The notes under the pieces are model-generated. The model saw only the letters and a list, made by a program, of their open reading frames with translations. It was not told the origin of the DNA and ran no database searches. A DNA stretch of 64,000 bases from Caulobacteraceae bacterium. Lineage in GTDB: Bacteria > Pseudomonadota > Alphaproteobacteria > Caulobacterales > Caulobacteraceae. The stretch is taken from the NCBI GenBank assembly GCA_028290905.1, contig JAQGIW010000170.1:17091-81090 (forward strand). Direction: 5' to 3'. Positions 36,362-48,061 of the stretch are shown here, piece after piece. Positions within the stretch are counted from its first letter, which is position 1; each line of letters opens with the position of its first letter. Position numbers and translations under genes: made by a program.

Positions 36362-36410
36362 GTTTATGATACATAATACACATATTAATCTGTGTATTTG
36401 TCCTGTCAAT
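36362..36410 (-). promoter_or_regulatory. promoter/operator cassette, full copy without hairpin
   Basis: On the minus strand: TTGACA (36409-36404), 16 nt, TAATAT, GTGTATTATGTATCATAA. Confidence 0.5.
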
Positions 36411-36463
36411 ATCGTTGTTGCGCCGCCGCCTTAGGGCGGGGAGCCTTTGAAGAGCCTCGGGCA

Positions 36464-36853
36464 GTGACTCAGACGGAAGAGAAGCTGTACATACATTTGC
36501 CAGTCGCTCTCTCGACGAGAGCGACTGAGGCTGTCACGGCGCTGCTTGACCCTCGACAACGTGTATTGCAATATGCAACTATATGGGACCATCCCTCCGC
36601 GCGCCGCAACCGCATCCGCGACAACGTCTGGGACGTGATCAACCACGAGATCGAGGACCTCGGCCTCACCCCCGACTGGAGCCGCTGGACCGAGGACGGC
36701 TTCCCGCCCGATACGCGAAACCCGCGCCATGACTGGGCCTCCATGTGGCGCCCCGACCCCGAGCGCGCCGAGGCGCGCCGCCTGGCGAGGGCAGAGGCTC
36801 TCGCCGATCAACCGCCCGGCTCTCGCCCGCCCGATCCACACCGCCGGGAATAG
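36464..36853 (+). CDS. hypothetical protein (start uncertain)
   Basis: The 3' two thirds show strong GC3 codon bias (RNRIRDNVWDVINHEIEDLGLTPDW...). The 5' part is lower in GC and contains a perfect hairpin, so the real start may lie further downstream. Confidence 0.35.
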   Translation: MTQTEEKLYIHLPVALSTRATEAVTALLDPRQRVLQYATIWDHPSARRNRIRDNVWDVINHEIEDLGLTPDWSRWTEDGFPPDTRNPRHDWASMWRPDPERAEARRLARAEALADQPPGSRPPDPHRRE

Positions 36854-36935
36854 ACGGTGGGCCGGCGCCTCGCACCCTTAACAGTCGCGCGCGAGTCAGA
36901 CACAAGGGGTGGCGAGATCCTCAACCGGAGCCCGC

Positions 36936-37898
36936 ATGCCCCTGCCTCTCGCCGGCCGTCCCCTTTCTGGTCGGCACGTCGCCGTCCTTATGGGGGGGCT
37001 GTCGGCCGAGCGTGAGGTGAGTCTGGTGTCGGGCGCCGCCTGCGCCGACGCTCTGGAACGCCTCGGCGCCAAGGTCAGCCGCGTTGACGCCGGGCGCGAC
37101 CTGGCGGCTGTCCTGACGGCCCTGCGGCCCGATGTCTGCTTCAACGCCCTGCACGGCGCGTGGGGTGAGGACGGCTGCGTCCAGGGGGTGCTGGAGACCC
37201 TGGCGCTGGCCTACACCCACTCCGGCGTCCTGGCCTCGGCCTTGGCCATGGACAAGGCCAAGGCCAAGGCCGTGCTGGCGGCCGCCGGGGTCCAGGTGCC
37301 GGGCGGTGGCCTCTTCAGCCGCTTCGACGCCGGGCGGCGGCACGTCCTCCCCCCGCCCTATGTCGTCAAGCCCAACGCCGAGGGCTCTTCGGTCGGTGTG
37401 TTTCGGGTGTTCGAGGGCGCGAACGCCCCGCCCGAGGCGCTTCTCTCGGCCGAATGGGTGTTCGGCGACGAGGTCATGGTCGAACCCTATGTCCCCGGCC
37501 TCGAGCTGTCCGTGGCGGTGATGGGCGGCCGGGCCCTGATGGTCACCGAGATCGAGGCGGCCACGGGCTTCTACGACTACGACGCGAAGTACGGCGAGGG
37601 CGGGTCGCGGCACATCATGCCGGCGCGCATTTCCGCCGCGGCGACCGAACGGGCCAAGGGCCAGGCGGCCGCGGCTCACGCGGCTCTGGGATGTCGCGGA
37701 CTGACGCGCAGCGACCTGCGTTATGATGACGTTAACGACATCCTGGTCTTGTTGGAGGTCAATACCCAACCCGGGATGACGCCGACCTCGCTCGCACCGG
37801 AGCAGGCGGCTCACGTCGGTTTCGATTTTGACAAACTGGTCTTATGGATCACGGAGGACGGCTATGGTCGCCGCGACGCTGAGAGATCGGCGGGGTGA
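36936..37898 (+). CDS. ddl: D-alanine--D-alanine ligase
   Basis: [20 protein letters not shown]-terminus, an ATP-grasp core, and position directly upstream of ftsQ. Confidence 0.9.
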   Translation: MPLPLAGRPLSGRHVAVLMGGLSAEREVSLVSGAACADALERLGAKVSRVDAGRDLAAVLTALRPDVCFNALHGAWGEDGCVQGVLETLALAYTHSGVLASALAMDKAKAKAVLAAAGVQVPGGGLFSRFDAGRRHVLPPPYVVKPNAEGSSVGVFRVFEGANAPPEALLSAEWVFGDEVMVEPYVPGLELSVAVMGGRALMVTEIEAATGFYDYDAKYGEGGSRHIMPARISAAATERAKGQAAAAHAALGCRGLTRSDLRYDDVNDILVLLEVNTQPGMTPTSLAPEQAAHVGFDFDKLVLWITEDGYGRRDAERSAG

Positions 37899-38877
37899 CG
37901 CGAAGTCGCGGGCGAAGGGCCCCGCCGACCGCGCGCGCCCGCGCGTCTCGCGCCCGGCCGCGCCGGCGCCCTCGAAGCTGAAGGCCGCCCAAGGCGTCCG
38001 CCTCGGCGCGCACGCGGCCATGGCTGTTGCGGCGATGCTGGCGGCGCTGATCCTCGCTGCGACGCTGGCGACCGATGGTCGCGGCGCTCAGGTCGTCGAC
38101 GGGGCGCAGCGCCTGGCGGCGGAATCCGCCCGCCTCGCGGGAATGGGCCAGGGCCTCGTCGCCGAACGCTTCGCGGGTCTGGGCCTGCGCCTGGCCGAGG
38201 TGCACCTGCAGGGCGCCTCGCCGGCCTCCCAGAAGCAGATCCTGCGGGTGGCGGCGGTCACGCCGGGCGTTCCCATTCTCGGCCTCGACTTGAACGCCAT
38301 CCGGACAAGGGTCGAGCAGGTCGCGTGGGTCGATCACGCCCGGGTCATCCGGCTGTTGCCCGACACCCTCGTGATCGCGGTCCAGGAGCGGCCGCTGCTG
38401 GCTATCTGGCAGCACCAGGGCCGCCTGGATGTCGTCGCCGCCGACGGGCGGGTGGATCCCACCGTCGATCCCAGGCGCTTTCCGAGCCTGCCCCGCATCA
38501 TCGGGCCCGGCGCGAACACCGAGGCGGCGACACTCCTCCCTGCGCTGTCGAAGCGCCCACGCCTGATGGCGCGCCTGCAGGCGGTGAGGCGAGTGGACCA
38601 GCGGCGCTGGGACCTGCTGCTGAAGGGTGGCGGGACTATTCTCCTGCCGGCCGCCGACGAGCCCGCCGCCCTCGACCGCCTGGACCGCCTCGATCGCGCC
38701 TCGCGCATCCTCGACCTGGGGCTGGCGCGAATCGATCTGCGCAACCCGAGGTTCGTGGTGGCCCGGCCGGTGGCCGTGGCGGCGAGCGCGCCGACCCGGA
38801 CAGCGATCGGGGCTTCCGCGGCGGCGGTTGGTTCGGCGGTGGCCGGTTCGCCGGGGGCAGGCGGGTCGCGTGACTGA
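37864..38877 (+). CDS. ftsQ: cell division protein FtsQ
   Basis: Basic N-terminus, one TM helix ([18 protein letters not shown]), POTRA-like [20 protein letters not shown]... and position between ddl and ftsA. ATG follows GGAGGA and overlaps the end of ddl. Confidence 0.85.
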   Translation: MVAATLRDRRGDAKSRAKGPADRARPRVSRPAAPAPSKLKAAQGVRLGAHAAMAVAAMLAALILAATLATDGRGAQVVDGAQRLAAESARLAGMGQGLVAERFAGLGLRLAEVHLQGASPASQKQILRVAAVTPGVPILGLDLNAIRTRVEQVAWVDHARVIRLLPDTLVIAVQERPLLAIWQHQGRLDVVAADGRVDPTVDPRRFPSLPRIIGPGANTEAATLLPALSKRPRLMARLQAVRRVDQRRWDLLLKGGGTILLPAADEPAALDRLDRLDRASRILDLGLARIDLRNPRFVVARPVAVAASAPTRTAIGASAAAVGSAVAGSPGAGGSRD

Positions 38878-38907
38878 AATGTTTGAATCAGAACAAGTTG
38901 TGATGGG

Positions 38908-40260
38908 GTGCAACGAATGCAGGCTGTGATGGAACGGGGCGCGACCCTGGGTGCGGGGCGACGCGAGGGGCGGGACGGGCTGAAGCTGACGCTCGGTCGT
39001 TCGCCGGTGTTCGCCGCGGTGGATCTGGGCGCCTCGAAGGTGGCCTGCTTCATCCTGAAATCGGACGGGATCCGCCGTGCGGATCGCACGCTGACCACCG
39101 CGGGCGTGGGCTATGTGCAATCGCGTGGGGTGCGGGGCGGCGCCATCGTCGACGTGGGCGAGGCCTCCCTCGCCATCGGCCAGGCGGTGGAACGCGCCGA
39201 AGCCATGGCCGGCCTCGACATCAACGGGGTGACCATCGTCACCGCCTGCGGCCAACTCGCCAGCCATCGGGTGACCGCCAAGGTGGCGGTGGGAGGGCGG
39301 CCGATTACCGACGCCGACCAGGCCCGGGCGGTCGCCCAGGCGATGGCCACCCTGCGGCTGAACCGCCGCAAGGCGATCCACATGCGCCCGATCACCTGGT
39401 CCGTTGACGGCCTGGGCCATGTCCAGGACCCCAGGGGGATGTCCGGCAGGGCCCTCGGGCTGGAGATGTTGGTTGTGTCGATGAAGGAGGGCGTGCACCA
39501 GACCATCGCCCATTGCGTCGAGCGAGCCCACCTGCAGCTCGAAGGCGTGGTGGCGTCCCCCTACGCCTCGGCCCTGGCCGCGCTGGAGCAGGACGAGATG
39601 GAGCTGGGATCCATCTGTATCGACATGGGAGGCGGATCGACGTCGGTGGCGGTGTTCGCCGGCGGCGCGCTGATCCATGTGGACAGCCTTCCGGTGGGCG
39701 GCGCCCACGTCACCAAGGACGTCGCCCAGGGCCTCTCCACGTCTCTGGGCGGCGCCGAACGGATCAAGACCCTCCACGGCTCGGCCATCGCCTCGGCCAA
39801 CGAGGATCGCGAGATGATCGAAGCCCCGCCCCGGGGCGACGACCCGGGCGCGGGTCCGGTCACCGCTCCGCGGTCGATGCTCAAGGGCATCATCGCGCCG
39901 CGCGTCGAGGAGACGTTCGAGATCCTGAAGGAGCGCCTGAAAACGGCCGAGGCTTTGGAGCTCGGCGCCGGGATCGTCCTGATCGGCGGCGCCAGTCAGC
40001 TGGCCGGCGTCCGCGAGGTCGCCACCCGCGTCTTCGATCGCAACGTTCGCCTGGGCCGCCCCGCGCGCATCCCCCACCTGGCCGACGCCGCCGCCGGACC
40101 GGGGTTCTGCGCCGCCGCGGGCGTGCTGCAACGGGCCGCTTTCGGTCCCCGCGACCTGGGGAAGCCTCTCACGGGGGCCGCCTCGCGCTCGAGCCGACCA
40201 GTGGATCCCAACGCCAACATGGTGGTCAAGGCGGCGTCGTGGTTGCGGGATAATCTTTAA
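38908..40260 (+). CDS. ftsA: cell division protein FtsA
   Basis: Actin-like ATPase motifs (AAVDLGASKV, IDMGGGSTS, GIVLIGGASQL). Alternative starts are at 38917, 38926 and 38929. Confidence 0.9.
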   Translation: MQRMQAVMERGATLGAGRREGRDGLKLTLGRSPVFAAVDLGASKVACFILKSDGIRRADRTLTTAGVGYVQSRGVRGGAIVDVGEASLAIGQAVERAEAMAGLDINGVTIVTACGQLASHRVTAKVAVGGRPITDADQARAVAQAMATLRLNRRKAIHMRPITWSVDGLGHVQDPRGMSGRALGLEMLVVSMKEGVHQTIAHCVERAHLQLEGVVASPYASALAALEQDEMELGSICIDMGGGSTSVAVFAGGALIHVDSLPVGGAHVTKDVAQGLSTSLGGAERIKTLHGSAIASANEDREMIEAPPRGDDPGAGPVTAPRSMLKGIIAPRVEETFEILKERLKTAEALELGAGIVLIGGASQLAGVREVATRVFDRNVRLGRPARIPHLADAAAGPGFCAAAGVLQRAAFGPRDLGKPLTGAASRSSRPVDPNANMVVKAASWLRDNL

Positions 40261-40345
40261 GGGGTTCCAACCTATGCAGCAGAAAAATTTTCCGCCTCAG
40301 GACGATCGAGCCCACCTCGACACCTCGCCGACTCAGCTTATGCAG

Positions 40346-40360
40346 TTAACGCAAGATTAA
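40346..40360 (+). promoter_or_regulatory. CtrA-type box TTAA-N7-TTAA upstream of ftsZ
   Basis: TTAACGCAAGATTAA lies 94 nt upstream of the ftsZ ATG. GANTC sites occur at 40330-40334 and 40421-40425. Confidence 0.5.
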
Positions 40361-40453
40361 GGGTCGTGGATGCTCAATCAGCGCTCATCAAGCGATGCGA
40401 CCTGAGGGCGGGCAGGGTCTGAGTCACCACGTAACGGAGGCCGCGGCGGTACA

Positions 40454-41941
40454 ATGACATTCAAGGTTTTTGCTCCCCAGACCAAGGAACTGAAGCCCCG
40501 CATCGTGGTGTTCGGTGTCGGCGGGGCCGGCGGCAACGCTGTAAACAACATGATCGAGGCCGGTCTCGAGGGCGTCGAGTTCGTGGTCGCCAACACCGAT
40601 TCACAGCAACTCGCGTTCTCAAAGACTGAAAGGCGGATTCAGCTCGGGGTCAACGTCACCCAGGGCCTGGGCGCGGGCGCCCACCCGGAGGTCGGCATGT
40701 CGGCGGCGGAGGAATCGGCCGCCGAGATCGGGGAATACCTCGACGGCGCCCACATGGTCTTCATCACCGCCGGCATGGGCGGCGGGACGGGCACCGGGGC
40801 GGGCCCGATCATCGCCAAGTGCGCGCGCGAACGGGGGATCCTGACCGTAGGAGTCGTCACCAAGCCTTTCCACTTCGAAGGCCGCCACCGCATGCGGCTG
40901 GCCGATTCGGGCATCGCCGAGCTGCAGCGCTACGTCGACACCCTGATCGTCATCCCCAACCAGAACCTCTTCCGCGTCGCCAACGAACGGACGACCTTCT
41001 CACAGGCCTTCGCCATGGCCGATCAGGTGCTGCACTCGGGCGTCCGCTCGATCACCGACCTGATGGTCCTGCCGGGCCTGATCAACCTCGACTTCGCCGA
41101 CGTCCGCACGGTCATGACCGAGATGGGCAAGGCGATGATGGGAACCGGCGAGGCCAGCGGCGAGGGCCGCGCCCTGATGGCCGCCGAGAACGCCATCCAG
41201 AATCCATTGCTCGACGAGGTGACCCTGAAGGGCGCCAAGGCGGTGCTGGTGAACATCACCGGCGGCCTCGACATGACCCTCCTGGAGGTCGACGAAGCCG
41301 CCAACGCCATTTCCGGTCAGGTGGACCCGGAAGCCAACATCATCTTCGGGGCGGCCTTCGACGCCTCCCTCGACGGCCTCGTTCGGGTGTCGGTGGTGGC
41401 GACCGGCATGGATGGGGCGTCGATCGCCGCCATCGAACCCTACGAAGAACCTCGCGCCCGGCCCGCGAAAGCGGCAGCCTCGGCGATGGACGAGACCGAG
41501 CCTGTCGCATCGCTCGCGCCCGCTCCGGTCAGGGAACTCGAGCCTGCGCTCACCGCGGTGGCGAGCCTGGCCGCGACGTCGGAGCCCGCCGCCGCAGATG
41601 CGGAGCCTGTCTCGGCCGGCGAGGTGGGGCTGTTGTTCGACGCGCCGACCGCGTCCAGGCCCGTCCAACCCGGCGGCGCCTCGACGGGCAGGCGGATCGT
41701 CGATCCGGCGGCGGCCGAGGGGGAGGACGAACCGCTGTTCGGGCCGGCCATGTTCCCTGATGACCGCCGGCAGAAGCCGGGCTTTCTCAGCCTGTTCGGG
41801 CGCGGTCGGCAACCTTCTCGGGCGTCAGCGCCCCGCGCCGGATCGGGGGCCCAGCCGGCGCTCGAACCCCTGGACGATCACGATATCGAGGGGGCCGAGG
41901 AACTGGAGATCCCATCGTTCCTTCGCCGCCTGGCCAACTGA
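40454..41941 (+). CDS. ftsZ: cell division protein FtsZ
   Basis: [13 protein letters not shown] and GGGTGTGA tubulin signature, a long Pro/Ala-rich linker, and the C-terminal peptide [11 protein letters not shown]. Confidence 0.95.
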   Translation: MTFKVFAPQTKELKPRIVVFGVGGAGGNAVNNMIEAGLEGVEFVVANTDSQQLAFSKTERRIQLGVNVTQGLGAGAHPEVGMSAAEESAAEIGEYLDGAHMVFITAGMGGGTGTGAGPIIAKCARERGILTVGVVTKPFHFEGRHRMRLADSGIAELQRYVDTLIVIPNQNLFRVANERTTFSQAFAMADQVLHSGVRSITDLMVLPGLINLDFADVRTVMTEMGKAMMGTGEASGEGRALMAAENAIQNPLLDEVTLKGAKAVLVNITGGLDMTLLEVDEAANAISGQVDPEANIIFGAAFDASLDGLVRVSVVATGMDGASIAAIEPYEEPRARPAKAAASAMDETEPVASLAPAPVRELEPALTAVASLAATSEPAAADAEPVSAGEVGLLFDAPTASRPVQPGGASTGRRIVDPAAAEGEDEPLFGPAMFPDDRRQKPGFLSLFGRGRQPSRASAPRAGSGAQPALEPLDDHDIEGAEELEIPSFLRRLAN

Positions 41942-42193
41942 ACGCCAGATCGTCTGTAGACTGACGGAATTACGGCCGTTTCGCGGGTGCCGGAACGGCC
42001 GGCTGCCATGACCCTCGCGCCCCAACGCCCTCGACCCTGATTGGTTCCGGAGTCGCCGGCAAACTCTTGAATTTTCAGGCCGTCCGGTTCGATACAGTGG
42101 GAAACAGGAGTTGTGTTGCGACGCTGCGGCCGAGCGCCGTATCTGGCGATGGTCATGATTTGACCCCGTGTCCACCATGACAGGAACCCGACA

Positions 42194-43084
42194 TTGGCGT
42201 CGCCTTTCCAGCACACCATCAACGCCCCGGTTCCGTTCGCGGGGCTCGGAGTCCACAGTGGACAGAGGGTCAATGTGACGGTTGCGCCGGCGGCGGTCGA
42301 CGCCGGCATCGCCTTTCTGCGCACCGACGTCACCGAAAAGGACCCGCGGATTCCCGCCCGGGCGGACCGCGTGGTCGAGACCCGGCTGGGGACCGTGATC
42401 GCCAACGACGACGGGGTAAGGGTCGCCACGATCGAACACCTGATGGCCGCGTTCTGCGGTCTCGGCATCGACAATGCGCTGGTCTCGCTGGACGGTCCGG
42501 AGGCGCCGATCATGGATGGCTCATGCGCGCCCTTCGTGCGGGCTCTCGATGGCGCCGGCCGCCGCGGCCAGCAGGCGCACCGTCGCTTCATCGAAATCCT
42601 CGAACCGATCGAGGTCGCCGACGGCGAGAAGCGGGCCACGCTTCGCCCCGCGGAAGGCTTCGAAGTCGCCTTTGAGATCTCGTTCGAAACGGCCGCCATC
42701 GGCCGACAGAGCATCGACACGGCGCTGGATGAGGAGGTCTTCCGGCGGGAGTTCGCGGACTGCCGGACCTTCGGATTTCTGCACGAGGTGGAAGCCCTGC
42801 GCGCCGCCGGCCTGGCGCAGGGAGGCTCCCTCGACAACGTCGTGGTGATCGACGGCGGGGCCGTCCTCAACCCCGCCGGCCTGCGCCGCCCAGATGAATT
42901 CGTGCGCCACAAGGCTATCGACGCCATCGGTGATCTCTATCTCCTGGGCGGCCCCCTGATCGGCCGCTACGAGGGACTCTATTCGGGACATGCCCTCAAC
43001 AACGCCCTGGCCCGCGCCGTCCTGGCGCGCCCCTCGGCATGGCGTGTGGCTTCCGGCCCCGTCAAACTGGCGCGCGCGGTCTGA
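42194..43084 (+). CDS. lpxC: UDP-3-O-acyl-N-acetylglucosamine deacetylase
   Basis: FQHTINAPVPFAGLGVHSG N-terminus, HLMAAFCGLGIDN, and HKAIDAIGDL. TTG start. Confidence 0.9.
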   Translation: MASPFQHTINAPVPFAGLGVHSGQRVNVTVAPAAVDAGIAFLRTDVTEKDPRIPARADRVVETRLGTVIANDDGVRVATIEHLMAAFCGLGIDNALVSLDGPEAPIMDGSCAPFVRALDGAGRRGQQAHRRFIEILEPIEVADGEKRATLRPAEGFEVAFEISFETAAIGRQSIDTALDEEVFRREFADCRTFGFLHEVEALRAAGLAQGGSLDNVVVIDGGAVLNPAGLRRPDEFVRHKAIDAIGDLYLLGGPLIGRYEGLYSGHALNNALARAVLARPSAWRVASGPVKLARAV

Positions 43085-43168
43085 TACTCTGGAGCGCCCT
43101 CTGACCGTTGGCGCATATCGGCGGCTGGTGTTAGAAGCCCCTGGGTTGGCGCGGGGCGCCCCTATGCT

Positions 43169-44209
43169 TTGAGGTATCCTTTCGTGCTGTTCAAACCCTC
43201 GGCCAGGAGCGCCGTCGCGCTGGCGCTCATCGCCGCCGTCGCCCTCAGCGGCTGCTCGGTGTTCAAGAAGAAGAAACCGACGCTGGCCTACGAGGAGCGT
43301 CCGGTGGAACTGCTGTTCTCGGTTGGCGCCACGGATCTCGACAAACACCAGTGGAACGACGCGGTGAATTATTTCCGCGAGGTGGAACGGCAGCACCCGT
43401 ATTCGGAGTGGTCGCGGCGGTCGATCCTGATGACCGCCTATGCGCACTACGAGGCCAACAACTACGCCGAGGCGATCGCCGACGCCGACCGCTTCATCAC
43501 CCTCTATCCCGGCAACGTCGCCACCCCGTACGCCTACTATCTCAAGGCCATCTGCTATTTCGAGCAGATCGTCGACGTCGGGCGTGACCAGGCGTCCACA
43601 GAGCAGGCTCAGCTGGCCCTGAACGAGGTGATCAAGCGCTACCCCAAGACGGAATACGCGGTCGACGCCCGGCTCAAGCTCGACATGGTCATGGACCAGC
43701 TGGCCGGCAAGGAAATGACCATCGGCCGGTTCTATCTGCGCAACGGCAATGCGATCGCCGCCATCGGCCGGTTCCGCAATGTCGTCTCGCGCTACCAGAC
43801 GACGTCGCACACCCCCGAGGCCCTTTACCGCCTCGTCGAGGCCTACCTGACCGTCGGGCTGGTGGATGAGGCGCGCAAGAACGGCGCCGTGCTCGGCTAC
43901 AACTACCCGGGCGACATCTGGTATCGGGACGCCTTCGACCTGCTGACTTCCCGGGGCCTGCGGCCGTCGGTGACACCGGTGGGCAGTGGGGCGACGCTGC
44001 CCCACCTGTTCTTCCTGCCCCACCGCAAGTCGCCGGCCATCGCGCCGCCGCCGGTGGACGCGGCCCCCGCGCCGGTCGTGGCCCAGGCCGACACCACCAA
44101 GCCGGACACAACCCAGGCCCAGACAGGCACGACCGCCAGGGCCTCGACGTCGGACAAGGCCAAGCCGGCGAAGAAGAACGACTTCATCCACGGCGTCCTG
44201 GGTCTTTGA
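43169..44209 (+). CDS. bamD: outer membrane protein assembly factor BamD (ComL/YfiO) with Pro/Ala/Thr-rich C-terminal extension
   Basis: Lipobox ALSGC, TPR-like repeats (YPYSEWSRRSILMTAYAHYEANNY...) and position before recN. An alternative GTG start is at 43184. Confidence 0.85.
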   Translation: MRYPFVLFKPSARSAVALALIAAVALSGCSVFKKKKPTLAYEERPVELLFSVGATDLDKHQWNDAVNYFREVERQHPYSEWSRRSILMTAYAHYEANNYAEAIADADRFITLYPGNVATPYAYYLKAICYFEQIVDVGRDQASTEQAQLALNEVIKRYPKTEYAVDARLKLDMVMDQLAGKEMTIGRFYLRNGNAIAAIGRFRNVVSRYQTTSHTPEALYRLVEAYLTVGLVDEARKNGAVLGYNYPGDIWYRDAFDLLTSRGLRPSVTPVGSGATLPHLFFLPHRKSPAIAPPPVDAAPAPVVAQADTTKPDTTQAQTGTTARASTSDKAKPAKKNDFIHGVLGL

Positions 44210-44240
44210 ACCCGGCGGATTCTCGGTCATCCTCGCGGCC

Positions 44241-48021
<3,781 letters not shown>

Positions 48022-48061
48022 GCTAGAGTACGGGGCGAAGGAAACGCCGGGGGGCTGATCC

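Noticed and set aside
4249-36410. The cassette as a CtrA site (TTAATATGTGTATAA reads TTAA-N7-ATAA) or as a CRISPR/MITE-type repeat.
   Set aside because: The second half-site is ATAA, not TTAA, in all copies. The copies are irregularly spaced over 32 kb, occur in both orientations and are tied to gene starts. There are no spacers, target-site duplications or terminal inverted repeats.
36392-36463. ATG start at 36392 for the hypothetical ORF upstream of ddl.
   Set aside because: The first codons lie inside the minus-strand cassette copy (36362-36410). They have a Cys-rich, non-coding look, and coding-type GC3 bias appears only further downstream.
37849-40131. Very long ORFs antisense or out of frame to core genes. 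Examples are 37849-40131(-) 760 aa, 42521-44353(-) 610 aa, 46135-48306(-) 723 aa, 49974-52775(+) 933 aa and 21083-22327(+) 414 aa.
   Set aside because: They mirror well-supported genes (ftsQ/ftsA, lpxC/bamD, ligA, aminopeptidase P and others). They are Arg/Gly/Pro/Ala-rich with no motifs. Such ORFs are the expected stop-codon-poor shadow frames of high-GC DNA.
43986-44240. Upstream extension of recN (ORF start at 43986).
   Set aside because: The extension overlaps the bamD 3' end out of frame and is Pro/Arg-rich. RecN homologs begin with the MLxxLxIxxxxLI sequence found at ATG 44241.
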